From an uncultured Thermococci archaeon (GTDB lineage: Archaea; Methanobacteriota_B; Thermococci; Methanofastidiosales; B48-G16), in contig CAZQQT010000003.1 of NCBI GenBank assembly GCA_964595645.1, positions 157,636-221,635 on the forward strand: a stretch of 64,000 bases of DNA. The letters run 5' to 3'. The position numbers and the translations under genes were made by a program. The notes under the pieces were generated by a model, which worked only from the letters and a program-made list of their open reading frames with translations, was not told the origin of the DNA and did no database searches. Positions 10,320 through 19,264 of the stretch are shown one piece after another; within the stretch, counting starts at the first letter, position 1, and each line of letters starts with the position of its first letter.

Positions 10320-10484
10320 CTACAGAATGCCTACCAAAATAAGCAATAATCCTATCACTACAGTAGCTGTAGCCTTTACATTCTTGCTCCCAGGGAAGTT
10401 TATCACTCGCGTGAGCTGTGGAACAAAGAACGACGCAACTCCTAGTACAACTAAAAGAATGCCAATGATCGTTATCGGTTCCAT
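10320..10484 (-). CDS. Small two-TM membrane protein, 54 aa (below the ORF-track cutoff)
   Basis: Hand translation MEPITIIGILLVVLGVASFFVPQLTRVINFPGSKNVKATATVVIGLLLILVGIL*; GGTGA RBS just upstream of the ATG. Confidence 0.75.
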   Translation of the reverse strand: MEPITIIGILLVVLGVASFFVPQLTRVINFPGSKNVKATATVVIGLLLILVGIL

Positions 10485-10862
10485 TTTTTTCACCGTTGCT
10501 TATGTTAGAAACGATGTAATAAAAATGTTTTTTCTAGAAAACTATGTTATAATAGGAAGTCTAGTTCCATGAATGAAAATTCCATATTGTCTTAGTATGC
10601 AAAAAAGAAAGGCTTAAGAATTTCATGTAACATTTTAAAGCTAAAGATAATGTAACCGTGAAGTATCATCCAAAGAAGGAGGAATCGACGATAACTACGA
10701 ACGAAGGAAGTGGAAGGAGATGAACATGTACTGATCGCACTGAGAACAAAAAAAGGTACTTTAAAGTAAGACCTATGTCAATTTCTGAGGTATTGAATAG
10801 CCATACATCAGAGAGAAAAATTTAAGAAGATTCCCTCCTACAACTACATAGGAGGAAATGCC

Positions 10863-11261
10863 ATGATTGGAACTCTACCTGAAGATATTCTGGAAGCAGT
10901 TTTGGAGACGATACCAGTCGAATTTTCTGTTCTTGATAAGAACGATAAAGTGCTGGCATGGAACAAGCATAAAACACGTATATTTACGCGGCCAAAAAGC
11001 GTTGTCGGGAGAGATGTACGTGACTGCCATCCAAAGGAAAGTCTCCACAAAGTAGAGCGAATTTTGGAGGAGATGAAAGAGAGAAAAAGGGACAAAGCTA
11101 GATTCTGGATTGATTTGAACATTAACGACGAAACTCACAAGATTCTCATCGAGTACTACGCACTACGAGATGAAAATGGCGAGTACCTAGGCTGCCTGGA
11201 AGCGAGCAGAGACATTACCGATATCCAGTCGCTTACCGGTGAAAAGCGGCTGCTGGAGTAG
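10863..11261 (+). CDS. Stand-alone PAS-domain protein (PAS_10 / DUF438 C-terminal type)
   Basis: ETIPVEFSVLD, RIFTR..SVVGR.V..CHP, FWI, YYALRD..GEYLG.LE, GEKRLL. GGAGG RBS. Confidence 0.88.
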   Translation: MIGTLPEDILEAVLETIPVEFSVLDKNDKVLAWNKHKTRIFTRPKSVVGRDVRDCHPKESLHKVERILEEMKERKRDKARFWIDLNINDETHKILIEYYALRDENGEYLGCLEASRDITDIQSLTGEKRLLE

Positions 11262-12269
11262 GTGTCGCAGGTGACGCAACTACGTCAAACTAAGGAGAAA
11301 GAGGTAAAAATCACAGTGATAGACTACGATGAAAATCAATCCAAGGAGAAAGAGATAGCGAACATCAAAGAATGTTTCCCGTTCAAAGAGACTCCTACAG
11401 TTACGTGGATAAATATTGATGGGATTGCTCCCTCTATCATTGAAACATTAGGGAGTCATTTTGAACTTCATCCGCTCATTCTTGAGGATATCACAACCTC
11501 TCAACGTCCGAAGATAGAAGAGTCGGAAAACTACATTTTTATCATCGTGAAAATGCTTCATGAAGAGGACAGTGAGCTACAAATAGAACAAGTGAGTATC
11601 ATTCTCGGTCCAACTTTTGTCATTTCTTTTCAAGAGGGAGAAGGGGATATCTTCGATGGAATAAGAGAGAGAATTACGCATAAAAAGGGCCGTATACGGA
11701 GTAGAGGTGCAGATTATCTCGCATACAGCTTAGTAGATGCTATCGTAGATAACTATTTCGTGCTCCTGGAACATGTGGGAGAGAAAATAGAGGATTTAGA
11801 GGAAGAGTTGGTAGGGGATCCATCACCCAAAACGCTTCACCGTATCCACGCTCTAAAACGTGAGATACTTTTCCTCCGAAAATCAGTATGGCCTCTACGA
11901 GAAGTTATCAGTAGATTGGAGCGGATAGAATCATCCCTTATCCAGGAATCAACAGAGATATACTTTAGAGACGTGTATGAACATACCATCCAGGTCATTG
12001 ACACAGTAGAAACGCACAGGGACATGCTTTCTGGAATGCTTGATATCTATCTTTCCAGCGTGAGCAATAAGATGAACGAAGTTATGAAAGTACTCACTAT
12101 TTTCGCGTCGATATTCATCCCTCTGACATTCATTGCTGGTATTTATGGAATGAACTTCCAGTATATGCCTGAATTAGCGTGGCGCTGGGGATATTACGTC
12201 GTGCTCTTGGGGATGGGAATAGTTATTGCGGTAATGCTCGTATATTTCTGGCGGAAGGACTGGTTGTGA
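11262..12269 (+). CDS. corA: Magnesium/cobalt transporter CorA
   Basis: WINIDG, HPLILEDI, QRPKIE, MNEVMKVLT, GIYGMNF, MPEL. N-terminus short and start uncertain. Confidence 0.94.
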   Translation: MSQVTQLRQTKEKEVKITVIDYDENQSKEKEIANIKECFPFKETPTVTWINIDGIAPSIIETLGSHFELHPLILEDITTSQRPKIEESENYIFIIVKMLHEEDSELQIEQVSIILGPTFVISFQEGEGDIFDGIRERITHKKGRIRSRGADYLAYSLVDAIVDNYFVLLEHVGEKIEDLEEELVGDPSPKTLHRIHALKREILFLRKSVWPLREVISRLERIESSLIQESTEIYFRDVYEHTIQVIDTVETHRDMLSGMLDIYLSSVSNKMNEVMKVLTIFASIFIPLTFIAGIYGMNFQYMPELAWRWGYYVVLLGMGIVIAVMLVYFWRKDWL

Positions 12270-12275
12270 ACACTA

Positions 12276-12492
12276 TTACCATTGAAGCTCAATCGCATCC
12301 ACGGGGCAGCTCTCGGCAGCCTTCTCCACACACTCTGATTCGTCGGGCACTTCTCCCGTATGAGCGTTCTCCTGCTGATACTCTTCAACTAATACTGATT
12401 TCCCTTCAGCATTCTCTTCAAATACGTAGGGACACAGTCTGTAACATACCACATGCAATACACGTATCCTCATCTATCATTACTTTTACCAT
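12276..12492 (-). pseudogene. Monocluster ferredoxin, frameshifted
   Basis: ATG at 12492 reads MVKVMIDEDTCIACG; the continuation CYRLCPYVFE...AAESCPVDAI is in another frame. About 2 nt are missing near 12445. Confidence 0.85.
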
Positions 12493-12515
12493 CTTTTCAC
12501 CTTTTACAATTTAAT

Positions 12516-13426
12516 TTAATGTTTCCAATCCACGTATTTTTCCCCTCGTAACTCAGCGATGAGATTTAACGCTGCCTTTGCTCCTTCTCCCACCGCAGCA
12601 CCGATTTGTCTCACCTTGCCGGTACAATCGCCGGCCGCGTACACCCGTGGCACCTGCGTGTATTGGGTCTCGTCAACGACGAGTCGTCCGTCACGAATTG
12701 TGATTCCGAGAGCCCGAGCGAAATCCAACGAGCCACTCGTCCCCTCTGCAATAATCAATCCTTCCATTTCTTTTACCCCTTCGTCAAACTTTACTCCCTG
12801 AAACATCTCATCGCCATATATACCTTTTATTCTATTTTTGTTTATGGGAATATTCCGTTTTTCTAACTGTTTTTGTAGGATTCCACTCACGTCTAAATCC
12901 TTACCATTCGTGTAAATTGTCACGCCCTGTGTGTATTCGTACAGTTCTATCGCTTCTTTTACAACAAGATCTTCAGAACCAAGTACTCCCACGGTTCTAT
13001 CTCGGAAGAGAGGAGCATCACAGGTCACACAGTAACTTACACCTTTTCCTTCATATGCTTCTATTTCATCTATTTGTGGTTTTTGTGTTGGATCCCCGGT
13101 GAGAGTATTAACGATCTGGCAATATACGCGTTCGTAGCAGTTTCAACTCTGTAATTCCCATTATCTATTTTAATTAAAAGTACCTTTTCTCTTTTTACTT
13201 CTGCACCAAATTTTTCTGCCTGTCTTTTTCCGCGTTGAAGTATCTCTTTCCCGGAAATTCCTTCTGGAAATCCAAAATAATTTTCTATCACCCTCACCTT
13301 TTCCAAAAGTTTATCCGGCTCATCCAATACCAGTGTATCAAAATCTGCTCTCGATGTATATATCGCTGCAGATAGACCTGCCGGGCCGCCTCCAATTATC
13401 ACTACATCGTATTTATTCTCACTCAT
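12516..13426 (-). pseudogene. trxB: Thioredoxin-reductase-like FAD oxidoreductase split by a 1-nt frameshift
   Basis: GGGPAGLSAA in the 5' ORF. Adding one A in the run at 13080-13084 gives HKKPQIDEIEAYEGKGVSYCVTCDAP...YAAGD. Confidence 0.85.
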
Positions 13427-13470
13427 CTCTATCGCTTTTTATTTTCAATACGTAGTTTGGGGCACAATGT

Positions 13471-14109
13471 TCATTCTTCCTCAAATATCACTACGACCTT
13501 TTCCACATCCCCCCGATGCTCGATTTTCTCGTGTATATCTTCTTTAATCGCATTGGCAAACTGGTGATCCTCGACAATGTCGATAGTAATCGTTACCGTT
13601 CCATCATCCACCGTTACCTCTTTGATCAGTTCTGTTCGAACGACATCCAGTCCTGTCATGGGGTTCATGACATGTCTGAGACGCTTTTTTACTACCTCCT
13701 CTGTTGTAGGCTCTCGTTCCGTTACGAGTCCATGTCGTTCCTCGTAATCCCGTATTGCCTCACGTAGCCCTTCCACCGCGAGTACAGAACAGTGTGCCTT
13801 TATTGACGGTAGACCTCCAAGTTCCTCAGATGCGTCCTGCCACGTGATCTTTTTTGCCTCGTCAATGGTCTTTCCCTTCGCCATTTCTGTGATGATTGAT
13901 CCTGTGGCAATATTCGACGCACAACCGTAGGACTCAAACTTGATATCTGTGATTTTATGTGTCTCCTCATCTACCTTAATGTACACAGATACCATATCAC
14001 CGCATGCAGGACTGCCTTCTTGGGCCTTTCCGTCAGGATCCTCCATTTTTCCTACATTTTTTGGATTTTTGAAATGCTCTATTACCGTCTCACTATATGG
14101 TGTCTTCAT
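13471..14109 (-). CDS. iscU: IscU/NifU Fe-S scaffold fused to a DUF59-like domain
   Basis: YSE.V.EHF.NP.NVG, SPACGD, GCAS, KAHC; C-terminal LRHVMNP.TGLDVV DUF59-like segment. Confidence 0.9.
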   Translation of the reverse strand: MKTPYSETVIEHFKNPKNVGKMEDPDGKAQEGSPACGDMVSVYIKVDEETHKITDIKFESYGCASNIATGSIITEMAKGKTIDEAKKITWQDASEELGGLPSIKAHCSVLAVEGLREAIRDYEERHGLVTEREPTTEEVVKKRLRHVMNPMTGLDVVRTELIKEVTVDDGTVTITIDIVEDHQFANAIKEDIHEKIEHRGDVEKVVVIFEEE

Positions 14110-14113
14110 ATAT

Positions 14114-15283
14114 TTATTCCTCCTTTCCTAATGGACTTATCTCCCTCAATCTCTCCACGATATCGGATACAGTGGTAACAACGATATCAACTTCATTCAT
14201 GGTGTTGAACCGCCCTAGCGTAAACCGTACCGAGCCATGAGCCCGTTCATGGTTCCCCCCGATGCCCATTATTACATGGCTCGCCTCAAGCGAGCGACTG
14301 AAACATGCTGAGCCGGTGCTGACCGCGACGCCTCGCATATCCATGTGAAGCGTAATAGATTCGCCTTCTACGTAATGGAACGTGATGTTCGCATTGTGCG
14401 GTACTCTCTGCTCTCTGGAACCGTTCAAGGTTACATCGGGGATCTCTGAGAGAATACGATCAATGAGATGATTCCTCATTTTCTCCAGTTTAGTGTTCTC
14501 TTTAGGTGTGACCAGCTCTACTGCTTTTGCGAACCCGATGGCGCCGGGAATATTCTCGAGTCCTCCCCGCGTATTGAACTCCTGGAATCCACCATCCATT
14601 ATCTTGGTGAGAGGCGCCCCTTCACGTACGTAGAGGCCTCCAATCCCCTTGGGGCCATGAATCGTATGTGCCGATACTGTTATCATATCTACTGGTATCT
14701 CCTGAACGTCTATAGGCACTCGTGTGAAGGTATGGGTCGCGTCCGTGTGGAACAACACGTTGTTTTCCTTGCATATCTCCGCGATCGTTTTGATATCCTG
14801 CAGCGTTCCTATTTCTTGGTTCGAGTGTTGTATAGACACGAGAATTGTCCTCTCCGTTATTGCATCATCCAGTTGATCGAGGTCCACGAACCCGTCACTG
14901 TCAACATTGAGCTGTGTCACCTCAAACCCTTCTTTCTCTAGTGTTTTCGCACTGTGGAGCACGGGGAAATCTTCTATTTTTGAGGTAATAATATGGGTTC
15001 CCTTTCTCTCTCCGAGTTTCTTAGCGACTCCTTTAAGTGCGAGGTTGCTGGATTCTGCAGAACCCGAGGTGAAGATGATCTCGTTCGGATCGGCACCGAG
15101 TGTTGTGGCAATTGTTCCCCGTGCACTGTCAAGACTTTCCTTGGCTTCGACACCCAACGAGTATCCAAACTCGGAGGTAGGTACCGTGTATGTATTGAAA
15201 AAGTACGGTTTCATCGCCTCGAGCACTCGTTCGTCCATTCTTGTGCTGGATGCATTGTCCATGTAAATAAAGTTGTCATCCAT
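14114..15283 (-). CDS. IscS/NifS-fold protein lacking the PLP-binding lysine (probable non-catalytic desulfurase homologue)
   Basis: YMDNASST, IIFTSG, NQEIGT.Q, STGSAC and GSVRF are present, but SAHTIHGPKG has K->T, EDFPV has H->D and RGGL has T->L. Confidence 0.9.
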   Translation of the reverse strand: MDDNFIYMDNASSTRMDERVLEAMKPYFFNTYTVPTSEFGYSLGVEAKESLDSARGTIATTLGADPNEIIFTSGSAESSNLALKGVAKKLGERKGTHIITSKIEDFPVLHSAKTLEKEGFEVTQLNVDSDGFVDLDQLDDAITERTILVSIQHSNQEIGTLQDIKTIAEICKENNVLFHTDATHTFTRVPIDVQEIPVDMITVSAHTIHGPKGIGGLYVREGAPLTKIMDGGFQEFNTRGGLENIPGAIGFAKAVELVTPKENTKLEKMRNHLIDRILSEIPDVTLNGSREQRVPHNANITFHYVEGESITLHMDMRGVAVSTGSACFSRSLEASHVIMGIGGNHERAHGSVRFTLGRFNTMNEVDIVVTTVSDIVERLREISPLGKEE

Positions 15284-15291
15284 CGTACCAC

Positions 15292-15714
15292 CTATGAGAT
15301 AAACAAGGTAATTTTAGACTCTCTCGCTTCTTTAATGTAGGTTCCTACTGCACAGTACTCGGTGATTATGTCATCACGCAGATCGTCCTTCTCAAGCCCC
15401 ATAATGTCCATGGTCATATCGCAGGCAAGTATCTTACCACCTAACTCTACGTAATCCTGTAACATCTCCTCCAGCGATCGCACATTCGCCTTCTTCATCC
15501 TCCGATTCAGTAGCCATTTTCCAAGGCCGAGGAAGTGCATTCGAGAGAGGGGTCCTTGCTCCAGCTGCCCCTTTTTGAGCCTTTCAAGTCCCCAGAATGT
15601 GAAGTACATCGATACATCCATGCCCATGGCAAGCGCACCATTGCCGATGATGAGGGCACTGTAGAGTTTGTCCATCTCACCACTCTGTACGATCAGCGTG
15701 ACCTTCTCTGTCAT
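15292..15714 (-). CDS. DsrE/DsrF/DrsH-like (DsrE2-type) sulfur carrier
   Basis: SG.MDK, GA.AMG..V.MYFTFWGL, ACDMTMDIMG, TLFI C-terminus. Confidence 0.9.
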   Translation of the reverse strand: MTEKVTLIVQSGEMDKLYSALIIGNGALAMGMDVSMYFTFWGLERLKKGQLEQGPLSRMHFLGLGKWLLNRRMKKANVRSLEEMLQDYVELGGKILACDMTMDIMGLEKDDLRDDIITEYCAVGTYIKEARESKITLFIS

Positions 15715-15715
15715 C

Positions 15716-15955
15716 TTACTCCTCCTCGGGAATCTTGATTGTGATTATCCACGTACCATTCTTCTCCTCGACGCTTACAAGCTCTAACCCAAGAGACTCC
15801 ACTGCCATAGGGATCTCCTTTTTGGATGCAGGGTGATCGCCGATGATCTCGACGATATCGCCAGGATTAGCCTTCCTCACAGCCTTCCGGGTTTCTACCA
15901 GCGGAACTGGACATGTCTCTCCTACCACTGTTATCTTTTTTTTCACAATTTTCAC
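15716..15955 (-). CDS. tusA: TusA-family sulfur carrier
   Basis: GETCPVP, G..VEI..DHPAS..EIP. Confidence 0.9.
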   Translation of the reverse strand: MKIVKKKITVVGETCPVPLVETRKAVRKANPGDIVEIIGDHPASKKEIPMAVESLGLELVSVEEKNGTWIITIKIPEEE

Positions 15956-16062
15956 CTATTCCTCTTCTATATTTATGTGCGTGCAATCTATATAAATTTT
16001 ATTCGTCGCTAAGTTAACTGATAAAAGAATAAGTTTTATATGCGTAGAAAAGAAGCTCCACT

Positions 16063-16389
16063 ATGTCATTCAAAAATCTCAATGAGATGGATGCGACTGA
16101 GGTCGTTCCTGGGTTCCACGGGAAGTTTGTGCACTCAGATCACGTGACCTTTGCACACTGGCATATCGAAAAAAACGCGACACTCCCTGAGCACTCTCAC
16201 GAACATGAACAGATCACCAGCGTGCAGGAAGGGAAACTGAAGCTTACGATACAGGGAGAGACAAAAACGATGGGGTCCGGCGAGATCGCGGTAATTCCAC
16301 CGAATGTGACACACTCAGGGAAGGCACTCGCTGCGTGCAAGGTCATCGATGTGTTCTACCCTGTACGAGAAGAGTACATACAGGAATAA
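16063..16389 (+). CDS. Cupin-domain protein
   Basis: HSHEHEQ, IPPNVTH, DVFYPVRE.Y. Confidence 0.9.
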   Translation: MSFKNLNEMDATEVVPGFHGKFVHSDHVTFAHWHIEKNATLPEHSHEHEQITSVQEGKLKLTIQGETKTMGSGEIAVIPPNVTHSGKALAACKVIDVFYPVREEYIQE

Positions 16390-16426
16390 GAGAACATCGA
16401 AGATGCAATCGTGAATATCGTGTCTA

Positions 16427-17620
16427 CTATGTCGTGAGTGCGCTCTCTACTGTTTCTTTTGTAAAAAACATTACTAGTAGTACTGTTGTCACCATGAGTA
16501 ACGAAAGCAAATACAATGGCGATTCATGTGAGACGTCCTGATACAAGATCCCTAGTAACATTAATCCCAAGATACGTCCCGATCCCATAATGACCTGGAG
16601 ACTTCCAAGAATTTTTCCTCGCAGCTCTGGCAACGTAACATCTGCAGTAAGTGCTTGTATCGCTGGGTTGTTCATCGCGATTCCAGCGCCGATAAATGCA
16701 CCGGTAAGGTATACTTGGAGGTGTGTGTGAGCCCACGTGTAGATGTAGACGCCCACAGCAATAATTATCCCGCCTGTGATGATCAGCGGCTTCCGCCCCA
16801 CTCGATCTGAGACTCTCCCGAAGAGATACGTGAACGAAATAATGGTAATTCCCTGTGCGAGAGAAATTATCCCAAGCTGAAAACTGGAAAATCCAAGCTT
16901 GTCGGAAAAATAAAGAACAATAATGAGAGAAAAAACTCCTTGCATCATCCCTATGGCAAATGCACGGAAAGAGATTACCTTTAAAGTGTCATTTTGAGCG
17001 ATATTCTCTTTCAAAGCAGAAAAAACACCCTTGTACTGTCTTCCACTCGTCGTCTTCTTCGCCTCGTGAAGGGGGAAAATGACCACTGCAGCTACCACGG
17101 CGATGAGCGCAGTGAAATAAAATGGTGTTTCCAATGTGTACATATCTGCAAGAAAGCCTCCAACCGATGGACCGACAAAGGCACCGATCATCTGCACAGT
17201 TGACACGAAGCCGAGAATCTCACCTCGTCTCCTTTCATGGGCAAGATCCATGGTGAGTGCGAGGACTGCTGGAGTAATAATCGCTGACCCAACTCCTTCA
17301 AGCACGCGCAACACCCCGAACTGGAAAGGTGTCGCTATCACAGCCATGAGTGCAGTAGAAAAACCGAAAAGAAGGAGACCACCAGAAACAAGTTTCGCTC
17401 GAGGATACTTATCAGCTAAAATACCAGTATAAAAGACTGCAATCACGTATGACACATTGTATAGGGAGTAGACACTGCCTAAAATTTTCGCGTCCATGCC
17501 TAGTAACTCAGCATAGAGTGGCATCACGGTGGAAAGAAATGAAAAACCAAGACTGCTGATAAATAATCCTACTGCGAGAATGAGGATAGTTCGTGAGATT
17601 CCCTTTCCATGATTACTCAT
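16427..17620 (-). CDS. MFS transporter
   Basis: G.LADKY.R and GRVSDRVGRK loops; about 12 TM helices. Confidence 0.92.
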   Translation of the reverse strand: MSNHGKGISRTILILAVGLFISSLGFSFLSTVMPLYAELLGMDAKILGSVYSLYNVSYVIAVFYTGILADKYPRAKLVSGGLLLFGFSTALMAVIATPFQFGVLRVLEGVGSAIITPAVLALTMDLAHERRRGEILGFVSTVQMIGAFVGPSVGGFLADMYTLETPFYFTALIAVVAAVVIFPLHEAKKTTSGRQYKGVFSALKENIAQNDTLKVISFRAFAIGMMQGVFSLIIVLYFSDKLGFSSFQLGIISLAQGITIISFTYLFGRVSDRVGRKPLIITGGIIIAVGVYIYTWAHTHLQVYLTGAFIGAGIAMNNPAIQALTADVTLPELRGKILGSLQVIMGSGRILGLMLLGILYQDVSHESPLYLLSLLMVTTVLLVMFFTKETVESALTT

Positions 17621-17695
17621 GCACTGTGTACACATTGCACCTTAAATATATACGCCCTTATGCTATGAAAGATGTAAAAGGTAACGTGAGGGAAA

Positions 17696-18748
17696 TTAAC
17701 AATAATGTTCTGTGAGCAGATACACGGCAAAAGATGTTAGCCAGTGAGATCCTCCATAATCTTCCGAAAAAGTCTGTGTCAATCCTTCTCTCTCATGATT
17801 TTTTGCGCTTGTCATGAAGAGATCTTTGTACCTATGGCTTTCGGGGAGATCGGAGGCTATCCCCTTGAAACACCATGCCCTTGAGAGGTTTAATCCCACA
17901 AGATGAAATTTCATGAGTTCATTGAGTTCTACATTCAATGGATCGAGAATAGAATTAAATGGCGATCGACGGAGATCGGGGAGGAAGTTTTCCAGCCATT
18001 CCACGTATTGGTTTAGACGCAGGACCCGACGCATTAAATCTGCCTCAACGAGGGAGGGAGAAAGAAAATCCCACCCAAAGGGTTCATACGCCACAGGAGC
18101 ATGGGTATCTGCAAGGAAGTACTCTTTTGATCTTTCTATTAGTCGACTCTCTAACTTCTTGTGGGACCCTAACCGAGCATACTCAAGAAAATGGAGAAGA
18201 GCAAAGGCAGTGTTTCCATGGGTGCCAACTCTCATTGGTTTTTTCTCCTTTAAAAAGCGCTCCTGAACTAACTGACGTAATAGTTCCTCCAAAGGATGCA
18301 ATGCGTCCCTCCACAGCACTGCACGTTTATGATTCCAAAGATGGAGTTCCGATACCAGCCGTAGGAACCATGCCCACCCATACGGCTTTTCAAAGTTTTT
18401 GTGCTGTTCAAAGTACGTGACTTCCTTTCTTATTTTCTCGTGATTAAAATGCTCATCTAATCGGTTTGTAATCTTCTCTCTTAAGGGATGATCCTCATAG
18501 ACCCGTAGCTGCCGAACTAAGCTCCAATAACTATGAACGGCAGAATGCCAGTCGTAACATCCGTAAAATACTGGGTGTTCTTCTTTAGGCCTTGTAATTT
18601 CATTCATTGAAGAAATTGATGCGATGTAATGCGGAAATTCCTTCTGTATACATTGTAGAGGAGGTTCTGATAGCTTCCGCAACATCTCCTGAGTCAATGT
18701 AGATTCATTTTCATAAATGGTTTCATCGATATTTTCGATAGGAATCAC
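17696..18748 (-). CDS. DUF2891-family protein
   Basis: HPVFYGCYDWHSAVH, FEKPYGWAW, RVGTHGNTAF, HLVGLNLSRAW, YGGSHWL.SFA. Confidence 0.85.
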   Translation of the reverse strand: MIPIENIDETIYENESTLTQEMLRKLSEPPLQCIQKEFPHYIASISSMNEITRPKEEHPVFYGCYDWHSAVHSYWSLVRQLRVYEDHPLREKITNRLDEHFNHEKIRKEVTYFEQHKNFEKPYGWAWFLRLVSELHLWNHKRAVLWRDALHPLEELLRQLVQERFLKEKKPMRVGTHGNTAFALLHFLEYARLGSHKKLESRLIERSKEYFLADTHAPVAYEPFGWDFLSPSLVEADLMRRVLRLNQYVEWLENFLPDLRRSPFNSILDPLNVELNELMKFHLVGLNLSRAWCFKGIASDLPESHRYKDLFMTSAKNHEREGLTQTFSEDYGGSHWLTSFAVYLLTEHYC

Positions 18749-19126
18749 CTGACGTAGTTATTTGATACGCAATATTTATGGACTATTTGGTTATTGATAT
18801 ATTTAAAGGTTGTCTAAAAATTGAGGAAATCGTCAAACGAGCAATCTTGGATTCCTAGTGCTGTTTTTCTCTATTTCTCAATATTCAACACCCTATCTCC
18901 TCTCAATAGATACATGCAAAGAGGAAATTCTAGATTACAGATATAAAAACACTTAGAAGAATAGAAATTAGTTTTTCTATAATATCATTTTCTATTATTC
19001 TTTTTAACAAAGATGTATCAGCAATTTGCTCTAAATATTCTATTCCTGGTTTACCTTTGTTTTCAACTATATCAAAAAGATCAGCTACCGTATTTGCTGA
19101 TATATTTCATAACTAAAAGTATAAGA

Positions 19127-19210
19127 CGCCGGGGAAGGGATTTGAACCCCCGTGTTCGAATGAACAGTAGATCTCGAGTCTACCGCCTTTCCTGGCTCGG
19201 CTACCCCGGC
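19127..19210 (-). tRNA. tRNA-Ser(CGA), long variable arm, no intron, CCA not encoded
   Basis: Reverse complement reads GCCGGGG..GTAGA-CT-CGA-GA-TCTAC..GGTTCAAATCC..CCCCGGC-G. Confidence 0.95.
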
Positions 19211-19264
19211 CTATAGAGATGTAAGAAGGCAAGATATATAAAAGTGTTACCGAAAGAAGAAGGT

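Noticed and set aside
10542-10557. CTATGTTATAATAGGA resembling the island palindrome
   Set aside because: Only the right half matches, no TATA box follows, and it lies far outside the island; probably chance in AT-rich DNA.
10122-10572. Track ORFs 10122-10316(+) and 10303-10572(+)
   Set aside because: No recognisable features; the second is the antisense shadow of the 54-aa minus-strand gene.
11259-11264. In-frame TAG between the PAS gene and corA, suggesting read-through or a pyrrolysine PAS-CorA fusion
   Set aside because: GEKRLLE is the normal C-terminus of this PAS family, GTG starts with RBS-like sequence follow, and no pyl genes are visible.
13075-13090. Programmed -1 frameshift in trxB
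   Set aside because: C-AAA-AAC is not a full X-XXY-YYZ slippery heptamer and no stimulatory structure was seen; mutation or error is simpler.
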